Shown here: piece after piece, positions 1 through 9,566 of the stretch
Layout of the letters: every line of letters starts with the position of its first letter
Numbering within the stretch: position 1 is the first letter of the stretch
Source of the DNA: Coprothermobacterota bacterium
GTDB lineage: Bacteria > Coprothermobacterota > HKB111
Direction: 5' to 3'
Assembly: GCA_037440465.1 (NCBI GenBank)
Contig: JBBIUB010000017.1
Span: 1 to 24,435, forward strand
DNA: 24,435 nt
Notes under the pieces: generated by a model
Database searches by the model: none
What the model was told of the DNA's origin: nothing
Seen by the model: the letters and a program-made list of their open reading frames with translations, nothing else
Translations under genes and position numbers: made by a program

Positions 1-57
1 GTGGTGTTGAAACCCTGAACAATCCCTGAAATAAATTCAGCATGGCATTTTGAGTTA

Positions 58-510
58 TTAAAAATCTTTTTTGCTGGAGATGAGGATAGTTACAGGACCA
101 TCATTAATAAGAGATACTTCCATATGGGCTTGGAATACACCTTCCTGAACCCTATCAGGATATTCTTTCTTTAAAAGGCTTATGAATTTTTGGTAAATTT
201 GTAAAGCTTCTGCAGGAGGTAAAGCTTTAGTAAAATCAGGTCTTTTCCCTCGTCTGACATCACCAGAAAGGGTGAACTGAGAAATTACCATTAACTCTCC
301 TTTTACATCTTTAAGCGACAGGTCAAATTTTCCTCCCTCATTTTCAAAGATACGAAGACCTGTTATCTTCAAGGCTAAATATTCTAAATCCTTCTCTCTG
401 TCTCCCTCTTCAAATGAAACCATCGCCAGAAGCCCCCTTCCTATTCTGGCAATTATTTTCTCATCTACAATAACTGAAGCTTCCTTAACCCGTTGAACTA
501 CAGCTCGCAT
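58..510 (-). CDS. dtd: D-aminoacyl-tRNA deacylase
   Basis: 150 aa; MRAVVQRV start, SQFTL motif, RRGKRPDF, C-terminal NDGPVT (Gly-cisPro motif); lies directly downstream of rel, a common arrangement. Confidence 0.96.
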   Translation of the reverse strand: MRAVVQRVKEASVIVDEKIIARIGRGLLAMVSFEEGDREKDLEYLALKITGLRIFENEGGKFDLSLKDVKGELMVISQFTLSGDVRRGKRPDFTKALPPAEALQIYQKFISLLKKEYPDRVQEGVFQAHMEVSLINDGPVTILISSKKDF

Positions 511-525
511 TTTTTATCTCACTCA

Positions 526-2661
526 TCATATCCTTTTAACCTCCACTACACTTTCTATACGAAGAAAGTCAGAGATGACAAGTTCAAGTAGAGACTTACT
601 GACCAATGAAATTTCTAAGCTGATTCTGGCTTTTCCTGATGAAGTAGTAGTAAGCCTCATCTGGTTGATGTTCAAGCTTTTTTGTAACAAAACTTGAGTA
701 ATATCTGCTAAAAGGCCTGGTCTATCAATAGCTGAAATAGTCAATTTTGCCGGATAAGTTGAAGAAACTGATATCTCCCACTTGACAGGTATAATCCTTA
801 CTATATCTTGTACTCTTTTAATATTCAGACAATTTTCTCTATGAATGGCTATTCCTTTCCCTTTTGTTATATACCCAACAGTTGCTTCACCAGGGAGGGG
901 TGAACAGCAGCGAGCAAGACGCATCAAGATTCCATTAACTTGAGCTGCTCCAGCTTGCTTGAAACTCTCTGGTCTTACTGTAAGCCCTTCAAGAATCGCT
1001 TTCTTTTTCTCTTCTTTCCTTATATACCTGAAAAATATTGTTGGAGAGATAACTCCGGTTGCCAGGTTATGGTAGAGGTCCTCAAAAACCTTAACTCGAA
1101 AGTGTTTTAATACTCTATCTAATAACTCGGAAGGTAAGCCTATCTCTAATTCATAACCAGCTCTCTTTAGCTCCCTTTCAAAAATCTTCTTCCCCTCTTT
1201 TACAGCTTCTTCTCTGGCTTCTTTCTTGAACCATTGCTGAATTTTAGCTCTGGCAGAAGCAGTTGCTACAAAGTCTAACCAGTCTCTGGAAGGTCCTTTC
1301 ATACGATCTGAGGTTAGTATTTCAACACGCTCTCCTGTCTTAAGATGGTAATCAAATGGAACCATCTTGCCATCTGCTTTGACACCTATACATTTGTGTC
1401 CTATTTCAGTGTGGATTTTATAAGCAAAATCAAGAGGAGTAGAACCTGCTGGTAGGGTAATGAGGTCTCCTTTGGGAGTTAAGACTATTACTTCTTCCTG
1501 AAAAATATCGGTTTTTAAGGCTTCATAGAAGTCTGAAGAAGTAAGAAATTCTTTTTGCCAGTCGATTAATTCTCTCAACCAACTTATTTTCTGACTGAAA
1601 TCCCTATCTGTTTTACTTCCTTCTTTATATACCCAGTGGGCTGCAACACCGTATTCAGCTACCTTGTGCATCTCGTAAGTACGAATCTGAATCTCTATCG
1701 GCTCTCCTGCAGGTCCTATTACTGTAGTATGAAGAGACTGGTACTCATTAGATTTTTTCTCTGTTATGAAATCTTTAAACCTCTGGGGTATAGGGTTCCA
1801 TTTACTATGAATTAAACCTAAAATGTTATAACAATCCGAAGGTTTTCCTTCTATGATTATTCTCAAGCCAAAGAGGTCAAAAATACCATCAAGGTCTTTA
1901 CTTTCCCTTTGCATCTTCTGATGAATACTGTAAAAATGCTTAGCTCTACCCTGGACTTCCCCTTTATATCCTGACTCTTTTAAAACTTCTTCAAGTTCTT
2001 TTTTAGCTCTTAAAAGAATATCTTCCCTTTCAACCCGTCTCTTGGCTACCTTTGTGGCAAGTTCTTCGTATTTATCAGGATAAAGTATTTTAAAAGACAT
2101 GTCTTCTAATTGCCATTTAATCTGATATATTCCTAAGCGATGTGCCAGAGGAGCATAAACTTCAATGGTTTCTAAGGCGATACGTCTCTGTTTTTCAGGT
2201 TCAAGATAATTTATGGTCTGAAGATTGTGCAGCCTATCAGCAAATTTTATTACAACTACCCGGATATCATTGGAAAGTGATATAAGGAATTTCCTTATAT
2301 TCTCAATATAACGACTTTTCTTTGGTATAGAAAGGTCAAGAGTCTCAATCTTAGTAACTCCCTCTACAAGAGAAGCTACCTCAGTACCGAACTCTCTTTG
2401 AATATCTTCCAGAGTTATGCCGGTATCCTCAACAACATCGTGAAGAAGAGCTGCAGCAATGGTTGTATCGCTCATTTTGAGACTCAGGAGGATTTGAGCT
2501 ACACTAAAGGGATGTTCCAGAAATTGCTCCCCAGAAGCTCTCTGTTGCCCAGAATGAGCTTCCTCGGCAATAGAGTAAGCTTTTTCTATGAGACTCAGGT
2601 TAGCTTCAGGTAAATAACTTTTAAGACTTTCTTCTAACAGCCTGAGACTGTTTGGATTCAT
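526..2661 (-). CDS. rel: Bifunctional (p)ppGpp synthetase/hydrolase, long RSH (Rel), ~711 aa
   Basis: HD hydrolase motifs (HSGQQRASGE..HP, LLHDVVEDT, KFADRLHN), synthetase motifs (RFKD, YQSLHT, EIQIRT), TGS (TPLDFAYKIHT), ZFD (CCSP..HRENC), C-terminal ACT (DRPGLL). Start moved from the ORF-track 2787 to the ATG at 2661 (MNPNSL), which follows GAAGAAGGGGGC; the upstream in-frame part is just the secF overlap. Confidence 0.95.
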   Translation of the reverse strand: MNPNSLRLLEESLKSYLPEANLSLIEKAYSIAEEAHSGQQRASGEQFLEHPFSVAQILLSLKMSDTTIAAALLHDVVEDTGITLEDIQREFGTEVASLVEGVTKIETLDLSIPKKSRYIENIRKFLISLSNDIRVVVIKFADRLHNLQTINYLEPEKQRRIALETIEVYAPLAHRLGIYQIKWQLEDMSFKILYPDKYEELATKVAKRRVEREDILLRAKKELEEVLKESGYKGEVQGRAKHFYSIHQKMQRESKDLDGIFDLFGLRIIIEGKPSDCYNILGLIHSKWNPIPQRFKDFITEKKSNEYQSLHTTVIGPAGEPIEIQIRTYEMHKVAEYGVAAHWVYKEGSKTDRDFSQKISWLRELIDWQKEFLTSSDFYEALKTDIFQEEVIVLTPKGDLITLPAGSTPLDFAYKIHTEIGHKCIGVKADGKMVPFDYHLKTGERVEILTSDRMKGPSRDWLDFVATASARAKIQQWFKKEAREEAVKEGKKIFERELKRAGYELEIGLPSELLDRVLKHFRVKVFEDLYHNLATGVISPTIFFRYIRKEEKKKAILEGLTVRPESFKQAGAAQVNGILMRLARCCSPLPGEATVGYITKGKGIAIHRENCLNIKRVQDIVRIIPVKWEISVSSTYPAKLTISAIDRPGLLADITQVLLQKSLNINQMRLTTTSSGKARISLEISLVSKSLLELVISDFLRIESVVEVKRI

Positions 2662-3568
2662 GCCCCCTTCTTCCTGGTTTTTTATTCTTGTGTTCCCGCC
2701 AATCATTCCAGACCACCAGTAACATGCTGGCAACAAAGAGAGAAGAATACGTACCTGTGAAAAGTCCAACCCCCAAACCAAAAGCAAAGGGTCTAACCGC
2801 TGATGGACCTAAAAGGAAAATCGCCAGAACCGCCAGTATGGTGGTCACCGAAGTATTAATTGAACGTCTGAAGCTTTGAAGTATACTTATATTTACAACC
2901 TTTGAAAAGAGTGCCCCTGAATGTAGTTTCATATTTTCACGAACCTTATCTAACACAACAACAGAATCCATAACAGAGTATCCCACTAAAGTCAGTATAA
3001 CCGCTACAAAAGGTGTATTAACCTCATATCTCACTAAGGCATAAGCACCAAGAACGATGATAACATCATGAATCAAAGCCAGAAGAGTGACAATAGCGTG
3101 AGTAAGCTGAAAGCGCCAGGTTATGTATAGTGTGATAAAGAGAAGAGCCAGCCCCAGCGCTAAAACAGCTTGTTTTCTTAGATCTTCTCCAATGGTTGGT
3201 CCAACCATCTCTGAACGAAGAATCTCTACATTTAAAAAAGCTTCTTTAATACCTTCCTCAAGCTTTATTACCTTTTCAGAATCCAAAACAGGTGTCCTGA
3301 TTAAATAACGGGATTCTTCAATATTATCAGTAGGAATTGTCTGGACAATGGCATTCTCGGTTTTTAAAACTACTAATTTCTCTTTTATCTGAGCTTCTGT
3401 TATGGTCCCAGGAATCTTTATCTCCAATATAGCTCCACCTGTGAAATCTATACCAAAGTTAAGGGGATTGCCTGTTAGATACCAACCAGTCATAAGAAAC
3501 ACCAGGCTTAAAACAACCGCAGTGCTTGAAATTATTAACCAAAGTTTTTTTCTGCTTACTAAATCCAT
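2621..3568 (-). CDS. secF: Protein translocase subunit SecF
   Basis: GIDFTGG, VGPTIG, LIHDV, GYSVMDSVVVLDKVRE, GTYSSLFVA; six hydrophobic segments; abuts the secD stop. Confidence 0.96.
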   Translation of the reverse strand: MDLVSRKKLWLIISSTAVVLSLVFLMTGWYLTGNPLNFGIDFTGGAILEIKIPGTITEAQIKEKLVVLKTENAIVQTIPTDNIEESRYLIRTPVLDSEKVIKLEEGIKEAFLNVEILRSEMVGPTIGEDLRKQAVLALGLALLFITLYITWRFQLTHAIVTLLALIHDVIIVLGAYALVRYEVNTPFVAVILTLVGYSVMDSVVVLDKVRENMKLHSGALFSKVVNISILQSFRRSINTSVTTILAVLAIFLLGPSAVRPFAFGLGVGLFTGTYSSLFVASMLLVVWNDWREHKNKKPGRRGHESKQSQAVRRKS

Positions 3569-4819
3569 TTACTTCCTCCTAACTGCAGAAGGTGAAGGGA
3601 TAAGATACCTTACACCTATTGTATCTAAAAGGGTACGTCCTATAAAAAGGGTTGTTAACAAACTCACACCAATACCAAGTGAGAGAGTGACAGCAAAACC
3701 TTTGATGGGTCCTGTGCCAAAGTAGTACAGGATAAGAGTGCCAATTAGGGTAGTTATATTAGAGTCAAAGATCGTAGAGAAAGCTTTTTTATAACCATTG
3801 TTTATGGCTGTACGGGTGCTTCTTCCTAATCTAAGCTCTTCTCTGATTCTCTCAAAGATAATGATGTTAGCATCAACTGCCATACCCAAAGAAAGCACTA
3901 TTCCAGCCACACCCGGGATAGTTATCGTTGCTTTGAGGCCTAGAAGAACTGCTACCACCAGAAGTACAAAAGTAGTCAAACTAAAGACTGCCACTGTTGC
4001 TAATGACCGATAGTTAAATATCATGAACAGTATAACCAGAATAAAAGCCAGAACTCCAGCTATTTCTATCTCTTTAAGATAGTTATAACCTAAGGTAGGT
4101 CCGAGGAAACGTGTTTCTGCAATCACAACTTTAACTGGTAGAGCACCACCTCTGAGTAATGCAGATAACCTGGCTGCTTCATCAAAGCTGAATTGTCCTT
4201 TTATTATTCCCTTACCACCCGTAATAACTGATTCTACCCTGGGAGCAGATATAACCTCACCATCAAGAACAATAGAGATAGTCTTATTTAGATGCTCACC
4301 AGTAATCTCTTCAAATGTTTTTTGACCATCAGTTTTTGCCTTGGCTTCATCAAACTCAAAACCAACTGCTGGTGACCCTATGTCATCAGTTGTTGAACGG
4401 GCAGTCTTTAAATATTTACCGGTAATCAGAACAGTTCCATCTTCTGCTTTGAATTCCAGAAGGGCGGTTTTTCCAATAAGCTCCATAGCTTCAGCAGGCT
4501 CTTTAACACCGGTCTTTTCTTCGTAAGGGATTTCTACAATAATCCTACGCCAATTCTCCCCACCCAGACGGAAAATATTGGGTTCCGTAAGACCCAAAGC
4601 GTCAACCCTACCTCTTATAACCTGTTCAACTGCCTTTACATCTGCTTCTTCCACCTTCATTTCAGGGGTATCCACACATTCCAGGACAATATGAATACCA
4701 CCTGCTATATCCAGACCGAGTTGAGGTTTATACCTTATTGGGCTGGTAGGTAATATGGTAAGAATAGATACAGTCACCAGCGTAACAATAAAAAACCATT
4801 TCCACAAGGAACCTCTCAT
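3569..4819 (-). CDS. secD: Protein translocase subunit SecD
   Basis: LGLDIAGG, LRGGALP, LGPTLG, GMAVDANIIIFERIREE, DSNITT, GPIKGFAVTL; AAAGGAGG upstream. Confidence 0.96.
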   Translation of the reverse strand: MRGSLWKWFFIVTLVTVSILTILPTSPIRYKPQLGLDIAGGIHIVLECVDTPEMKVEEADVKAVEQVIRGRVDALGLTEPNIFRLGGENWRRIIVEIPYEEKTGVKEPAEAMELIGKTALLEFKAEDGTVLITGKYLKTARSTTDDIGSPAVGFEFDEAKAKTDGQKTFEEITGEHLNKTISIVLDGEVISAPRVESVITGGKGIIKGQFSFDEAARLSALLRGGALPVKVVIAETRFLGPTLGYNYLKEIEIAGVLAFILVILFMIFNYRSLATVAVFSLTTFVLLVVAVLLGLKATITIPGVAGIVLSLGMAVDANIIIFERIREELRLGRSTRTAINNGYKKAFSTIFDSNITTLIGTLILYYFGTGPIKGFAVTLSLGIGVSLLTTLFIGRTLLDTIGVRYLIPSPSAVRRK

Positions 4820-4837
4820 AGTTCCTATTTACCTCCT

Positions 4838-5494
4838 TTAAGTTATATGTACTTCATTAATGTATAGCTTGAAGTTCAGTCCCAGAACCTGAGCTGCTTT
4901 TTTACACATAATCATCCTGCTTAAAAATATCTCAAAATACTCCATAACCTCAAAAATATCAGTATCCACAGTAAGTCTAAGGTCAATCTCCTTTTTTTCA
5001 GGTAAAACAGCAAGGTTATTTTCTAACACTGCATAGTTAACCCTGTCGTGAATATCAAATGAAAGAGCATGAGGATTCCTGACCCTGCTTCTGTTTACAT
5101 CTGCTTTGTCGCTTATAATTATAGCAGCAGTAATGACATTTGCTGGTATACCTGACTGTTCGTCGTGATTTCCAATAGCAGTCATAAGATCAAGGTTTTC
5201 TTCAGGAGTAAGAGAACTTCCTATTAACTGATTTGCCAGTAATGCCCCAACCTGGGCATGGGTTTCTCTGGAGACGAAGTTACCAATGTCATGAAGGTAG
5301 CCTGCTACTCCTGCTAATTCAGATATCTCCTGGGGGTAACCAAGTTTCTGAAGAATCTCTAACGCACCTTCTGCCACTACTGTTGCGTGTCTAATACCGT
5401 GTTCAGTATATCCCAACCTGTCCAGATACTCGTCAGTTCTGGAAAGGTAAAGATCCACGATGGGGTTCTGTTTTAATTGATTTAAACTGAGCAT
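4838..5494 (-). CDS. HD-domain metal-dependent phosphohydrolase, function unknown
   Basis: TEHGIRH ... YLHDIGN ... THAQVGA ... GNHDE ... SDKAD gives an H..HD..H..H..D ligand pattern; the ATG overlaps the yajC stop (TAATG). Confidence 0.88.
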   Translation of the reverse strand: MLSLNQLKQNPIVDLYLSRTDEYLDRLGYTEHGIRHATVVAEGALEILQKLGYPQEISELAGVAGYLHDIGNFVSRETHAQVGALLANQLIGSSLTPEENLDLMTAIGNHDEQSGIPANVITAAIIISDKADVNRSRVRNPHALSFDIHDRVNYAVLENNLAVLPEKKEIDLRLTVDTDIFEVMEYFEIFLSRMIMCKKAAQVLGLNFKLYINEVHIT

Positions 5495-5772
5495 TATTCC
5501 TTTTCTTTTTGAACCTGAGCTACGCCTTCTTTGACCACCTTCAGTACAACCTGTGGGGCTACTTCAACAATTAATATGTTGTCTTTCATATCTTTAACAA
5601 TCCCCATAATACCGCTAAATAGAATCACATTATCACCTTTTTTAACATTAGCCAGCATTTCTCGTCTCTTTTTTTGCTGAACCTGCTGAGGCCTTATGAG
5701 AAGGAAATACATAAGAGCTATAAAAGCTCCCCAGAACAATATTGGTGTCAAACTCTCTAAACTAACCTGCAT
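5494..5772 (-). CDS. yajC: Preprotein translocase subunit YajC (~92 aa)
   Basis: One TM helix then YFLLIRPQQ..KK..ML..VKKGDNV...SGIMG. Start set at ATG 5772 (MQVSL), preceded by AGGAGG; the ORF-track 5847 start lies inside tgt. Confidence 0.93.
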   Translation of the reverse strand: MQVSLESLTPILFWGAFIALMYFLLIRPQQVQQKKRREMLANVKKGDNVILFSGIMGIVKDMKDNILIVEVAPQVVLKVVKEGVAQVQKEKE

Positions 5773-6907
5773 TATTACAATCCTCCTGTTCTTCTTCTTT
5801 TCCTTTGGGAGAATACGCTTCCTGAAAATTCTTCCAGAAATTCCCAAAGCTATTATCTATTATAGCCTGTCGGGCTCTTTCTACCAAATGGATTAGAAAA
5901 TAAATGTTGTGATAAGTTAATAATCTCAAAGGTAATATCTCTCTGGAAAGGAATAGATATCTAAGATACGCTCTTGAATAATTCCGGCAAACATAACAGG
6001 TACAGGAAGAGTCAATAGGACTCAAATCATCTTTATGTATGGCATTGGATATGGAGATTCTGCCAATTCTTGTGAAAGCATCGCCATTTCTACCAAGACG
6101 AGTGGGGAGCACAGAGTCAAACATATCAATTCCCAGACTTATTGCCTTGAGAAGGGAGAGAGGAGAACCCACACCCATGAGATAAACAGGTTTATCAGCT
6201 GGTAAATGTTCTTGTAGCTCACTTAAAAGCAAATACATCTTAGCCTTAGATTCTCCCACAGAAAAACCACCCAGAGCTAACCCTTTAAAATCTAACTCCT
6301 CTGTTATTTTAAGGGATTGGAGTCTCAATGGAAGATAAAACCCACCTTGTACTATGCCAAATATATCAGTTGAAGGTACAAGTTCACATGTTAAAGATCT
6401 TTCAGCCCAATTATATGTCTGATTAAGTGCTTTTTCTGTCTCTTCATAGGAAGATCCTTCAGGAAGACAAACATCAAGAGGCATGGCTATATCAGAACCC
6501 AGAGCCTTATGTATCTTCATCACTAATTCGGGTGTGAAAAAATGTTCTGAGCCATCAAGATGTGATTTAAAAATAACCCCATCTTCTTTGATCCGCCTGA
6601 GGCTGTTAAGACTCATAACTTGAAAACCACCAGAATCAACAAGTAATGATTTCTTCCAGTTCATAAGTTTATGAAGTCCCCCAGCTTTCTCAATTAAATC
6701 CAAACCAGGTCTTAAATAAAGGTGGTAAGCATTAGACAGAATGATATCTGCACCTGCTGAAGATACTTCTTCTGGAGTAAGAGTCTTAACAGTTCCCAGT
6801 GTCCCCACTGGCATAAATACAGGGGTTTTAACTACTCCATGACGGGTATAAAGAAGACCTGCTTTCCCTTTATACTCTTTATTTCTGGCAATGATTTTAT
6901 AATTCAT
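5762..6907 (-). CDS. tgt: Queuine tRNA-ribosyltransferase (tRNA-guanine transglycosylase)
   Basis: TPVFMPVGT, NAYHL, DSGGFQ, GIVQGG, GGFSVGE, YLMGVG, DMFDSVLPTR, zinc site CTCYVC...H. Confidence 0.97.
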   Translation of the reverse strand: MNYKIIARNKEYKGKAGLLYTRHGVVKTPVFMPVGTLGTVKTLTPEEVSSAGADIILSNAYHLYLRPGLDLIEKAGGLHKLMNWKKSLLVDSGGFQVMSLNSLRRIKEDGVIFKSHLDGSEHFFTPELVMKIHKALGSDIAMPLDVCLPEGSSYEETEKALNQTYNWAERSLTCELVPSTDIFGIVQGGFYLPLRLQSLKITEELDFKGLALGGFSVGESKAKMYLLLSELQEHLPADKPVYLMGVGSPLSLLKAISLGIDMFDSVLPTRLGRNGDAFTRIGRISISNAIHKDDLSPIDSSCTCYVCRNYSRAYLRYLFLSREILPLRLLTYHNIYFLIHLVERARQAIIDNSFGNFWKNFQEAYSPKGKEEEQEDCNNAG

Positions 6908-6949
6908 TTGGTTCTTCTCCTATATTAATTCTTAGTAGGGTTCGAGGAT

Positions 6950-7477
6950 TCATTTCCCCTCCATAGAAAAAGTGCAACCACAGTACTTTTGATGATAATA
7001 ACCTAATTCCTTATACTTATTAAGATAATTATAATAAGATGCGCGAAAATCATGATAGAAAAATGGGATTTTATAAAAAGATGAAAGATAATTTCCAATT
7101 TCTTTAATACTTTCATGATACTGGTGCGGACTTGATAAAAGGGTGGTTGTTACTGATATAAAACCTTCTTCAAGAGCTTTAAGAAAAGTTACAGAAAGTC
7201 TCAGGGTATAACATCTGAAGCATCTATCAGGACGAGGGGTAAATGAATCCAAAAAATTAGTGTGTTCATCTGGATAATAACCCAATATCAGATAATCAAG
7301 ATTGAAAGCTTTAGAAAAAGTTAGAAGAGCGTCTTCTCTACTTTTATATTCATTCACAGGTTGTATATTAGGGTTATAAAAGAATAGTGTTGGCTTTAAA
7401 GAAAGCTCATTTTCCAAAGTTTCTACAACACCAAAAGCGCAACCAGCACAACAGGTATGAAGAAGAATTTTATCCAC
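6950..7477 (-). CDS. queH: Epoxyqueuosine reductase QueH (DUF208 family)
   Basis: LLHTCCAGC, FYNPNIQP, RCFRCY, TTTLLSSPHQ, QKYCGC cysteine pattern; adjacent to tgt; GTG start. Confidence 0.9.
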   Translation of the reverse strand: MDKILLHTCCAGCAFGVVETLENELSLKPTLFFYNPNIQPVNEYKSREDALLTFSKAFNLDYLILGYYPDEHTNFLDSFTPRPDRCFRCYTLRLSVTFLKALEEGFISVTTTLLSSPHQYHESIKEIGNYLSSFYKIPFFYHDFRASYYNYLNKYKELGYYHQKYCGCTFSMEGK

Positions 7478-7479
7478 TT

Positions 7480-8490
7480 TTAAAATAGAATTTTCTGTTC
7501 AGGCTCCAGGCCAAGATGCTTAAAACCAGAAGGTGTTAATATGCGCCCTCTGCCGGTTCTAAGTAAAAGACCTCCTTGCAAAAGATAGGGTTCCAAAACT
7601 TCTTCTAAAGTTCTTCTATCTTCACCAAGAGCATGCGCTATGGCTTCAACCCCAGCAGGGCCACCCTTAAAATGGTCATAAATAATCTTCAAATACTTAC
7701 GGTCAATATCATCTAACCCCAGACTGTCTATATTAAGCAGTTCAAAACATTCTAATGCAAGCTCCAAGTTTATGACTGAAAATCCCTTAGCCACAGCATA
7801 ATCTCTCTCTCTTCTAAGTAAGCGAAGGGCAATACGTGGAGTTCCCCTCGATCTACGAGAAGTTTCTTTGAGTGCTTCATCGTTAATCTCTATCTTTAAT
7901 AGGCCTGCAGCTCTTTTTATAATCTGCTTTAATTCTGATTCAAGATAGAAATTCAAACGAAAATTCAATCCAAACCTATCTCTGAGAGGTGAGGATAGAA
8001 GTCCTGCTTTGGTAGTTGCCCCCACCAGTGTAAACGGTGGGAAGCTAAGTGATATGGTTCGAGCAGATGGACCTTTACCGAGAATAATGTCCAGCTTAAA
8101 ATCCTCCATAACACTGTATAGCATTTCCTCCACAATATAATTTAAACGATGTATCTCATCTATAAAAAGCACATCACCTCTTTTCATATCGGAAAGAATT
8201 GCTGCCAGATCTCCTCCTCGTTCCATCGCTGGACCTGTCGTTCTATGAAAGTCGCTTTCCAGCTCGGAAGCTACGATATAACCAAGAGTGGTTTTACCCA
8301 AACCGGGTGGACCATAAAGAAGAATATGGTCCATAGGCTGAGACCTCTTTTTGGCAGATAAGAGGGATACCTCTAAAACATCTTTTATTTGATTCTGCCC
8401 TATATAATCCCTTATTCTTTGAGGTCGTAAATCAGCTTCTTCCTCATAGGGTAATGGCTCAGGAGATACTACCCTCTCCACTGGACTCAT
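7480..8490 (-). CDS. ruvB: Holliday junction branch migration helicase RuvB
   Basis: LRPQ..YIGQ, Walker A GPPGLGKT, Walker B FIDEIHR, GATT, PLRDRFG, SRGTPRIA. Confidence 0.97.
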   Translation of the reverse strand: MSPVERVVSPEPLPYEEEADLRPQRIRDYIGQNQIKDVLEVSLLSAKKRSQPMDHILLYGPPGLGKTTLGYIVASELESDFHRTTGPAMERGGDLAAILSDMKRGDVLFIDEIHRLNYIVEEMLYSVMEDFKLDIILGKGPSARTISLSFPPFTLVGATTKAGLLSSPLRDRFGLNFRLNFYLESELKQIIKRAAGLLKIEINDEALKETSRRSRGTPRIALRLLRRERDYAVAKGFSVINLELALECFELLNIDSLGLDDIDRKYLKIIYDHFKGGPAGVEAIAHALGEDRRTLEEVLEPYLLQGGLLLRTGRGRILTPSGFKHLGLEPEQKILF

Positions 8491-9065
8491 CTTTTAAGCA
8501 CCCGGAGTAAGGCTTTTATAAGTTCTTCACTATCCAGCTTTAAAACTGACAATTTTTCTGAAATAGACTGCCACGCCCGCATAATCTCAATTTTCTTAAA
8601 ACCCATATTAATAAGAGCTTCTTCAACTTCTATTGGAATAATTGGTGGAGTTTTAACTAATTCTCCCTTTAACTCCAGAAGAATTCTCTTTGCTGTTTTT
8701 TCTCCAACACCTGAAACACTCTTAAGCCGAATAATATCTCCTTCTCTAAGAGACTTGAGCAAGCCTTCAACTCCCAGATTTCCAAGAAGAGAAAGAGCAG
8801 TTTTAACACCAACACCTGTAATGGAAATAAGTCGCAGGAAAAGGTCTCTTTCTTCAAGAGTTAGAAAGCCAAAGACAACTGGTTCGTCATCTTTTATTTT
8901 TAAATGGGTATGTAGTACTATTTCACTCCCAACCAAAAAAAGTTCTTTCTTTTCTACGAGGTATGATTGAGGAATATTAACGGTGACACCAATTCCACCT
9001 TTTAAACCAATAAGTACAGAAGAAATACCCCTTGAAAGCACCTTTCCTTCTAAAAGAGAAATCAC
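8487..9065 (-). CDS. ruvA: Holliday junction branch migration protein RuvA
   Basis: MISLLEG start, FGF..ERDLF, HhH motifs ITGVGVKTA and VSGVGEKTAKRI, ALINMGF; between ruvC and ruvB with 4-nt overlaps. Confidence 0.94.
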   Translation of the reverse strand: MISLLEGKVLSRGISSVLIGLKGGIGVTVNIPQSYLVEKKELFLVGSEIVLHTHLKIKDDEPVVFGFLTLEERDLFLRLISITGVGVKTALSLLGNLGVEGLLKSLREGDIIRLKSVSGVGEKTAKRILLELKGELVKTPPIIPIEVEEALINMGFKKIEIMRAWQSISEKLSVLKLDSEELIKALLRVLKR

Positions 9066-9547
9066 TTAATCAAACCCTCTATTCTTTTTAAGAGAAAGTG
9101 GCAGAAAGCTATACCCAGAGCATCAGCAGCATCATCTTGTATAGATTTTTCGGTTATATCAAGGTTTTTTTGCAACATCTCCTGAACTTCTTTCTTAGAA
9201 GCTCTCCCGTTACCTACAATAGCCAATTTCATTTGTAAAGGTGTATATATATATGCTGGCAAACCCTCCATTTCTGCTGCTAAAAGAACAACGCCTTTAC
9301 ACTCGCTAACTACTGAAGCTGTCTTAGTATTTTTACTGAAATAAACACTTTCCACTGCAACTTCATTAGCGTGATATTTCTGAATATTTTTCCTTACTTC
9401 TTCATATATTATCTTCAACCTTGAAGAAGTGGGTAGTTGGGGAGAAGTTCTTACAACCATCCAGCTTAAAGGGGTGATTTTACCATTTTTTGTGCTTATT
9501 ATCGCAATACCTGTAGAAGCAAGACCAGGGTCTATACCAATAATCAC
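9062..9547 (-). CDS. ruvC: Crossover junction endodeoxyribonuclease RuvC
   Basis: IIGIDPGLASTG, AVESVYF, YTPLQMK, GNGRASK, DDAADAL. The start is uncertain: GTG at 9547 (gives the usual MIIGIDPG) or TTG at 9577; the ORF-track 9637 start lies deep inside yebC. Confidence 0.93.
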   Translation of the reverse strand: MIIGIDPGLASTGIAIISTKNGKITPLSWMVVRTSPQLPTSSRLKIIYEEVRKNIQKYHANEVAVESVYFSKNTKTASVVSECKGVVLLAAEMEGLPAYIYTPLQMKLAIVGNGRASKKEVQEMLQKNLDITEKSIQDDAADALGIAFCHFLLKRIEGLIK

Positions 9548-9566
9548 TAATTCATTAGATGCATTA

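Noticed and set aside
1..43. Possible start of a further minus-strand gene after dtd (MLNLFQGLFRVSTP...)
   Set aside because: Only 14 codons visible, no clear SD and no recognisable motif; cannot be assigned.
2662..2787. 42-aa N-terminal extension of Rel in the ORF track
   Set aside because: Lies wholly inside secF; a better ATG with an SD exists at 2661.
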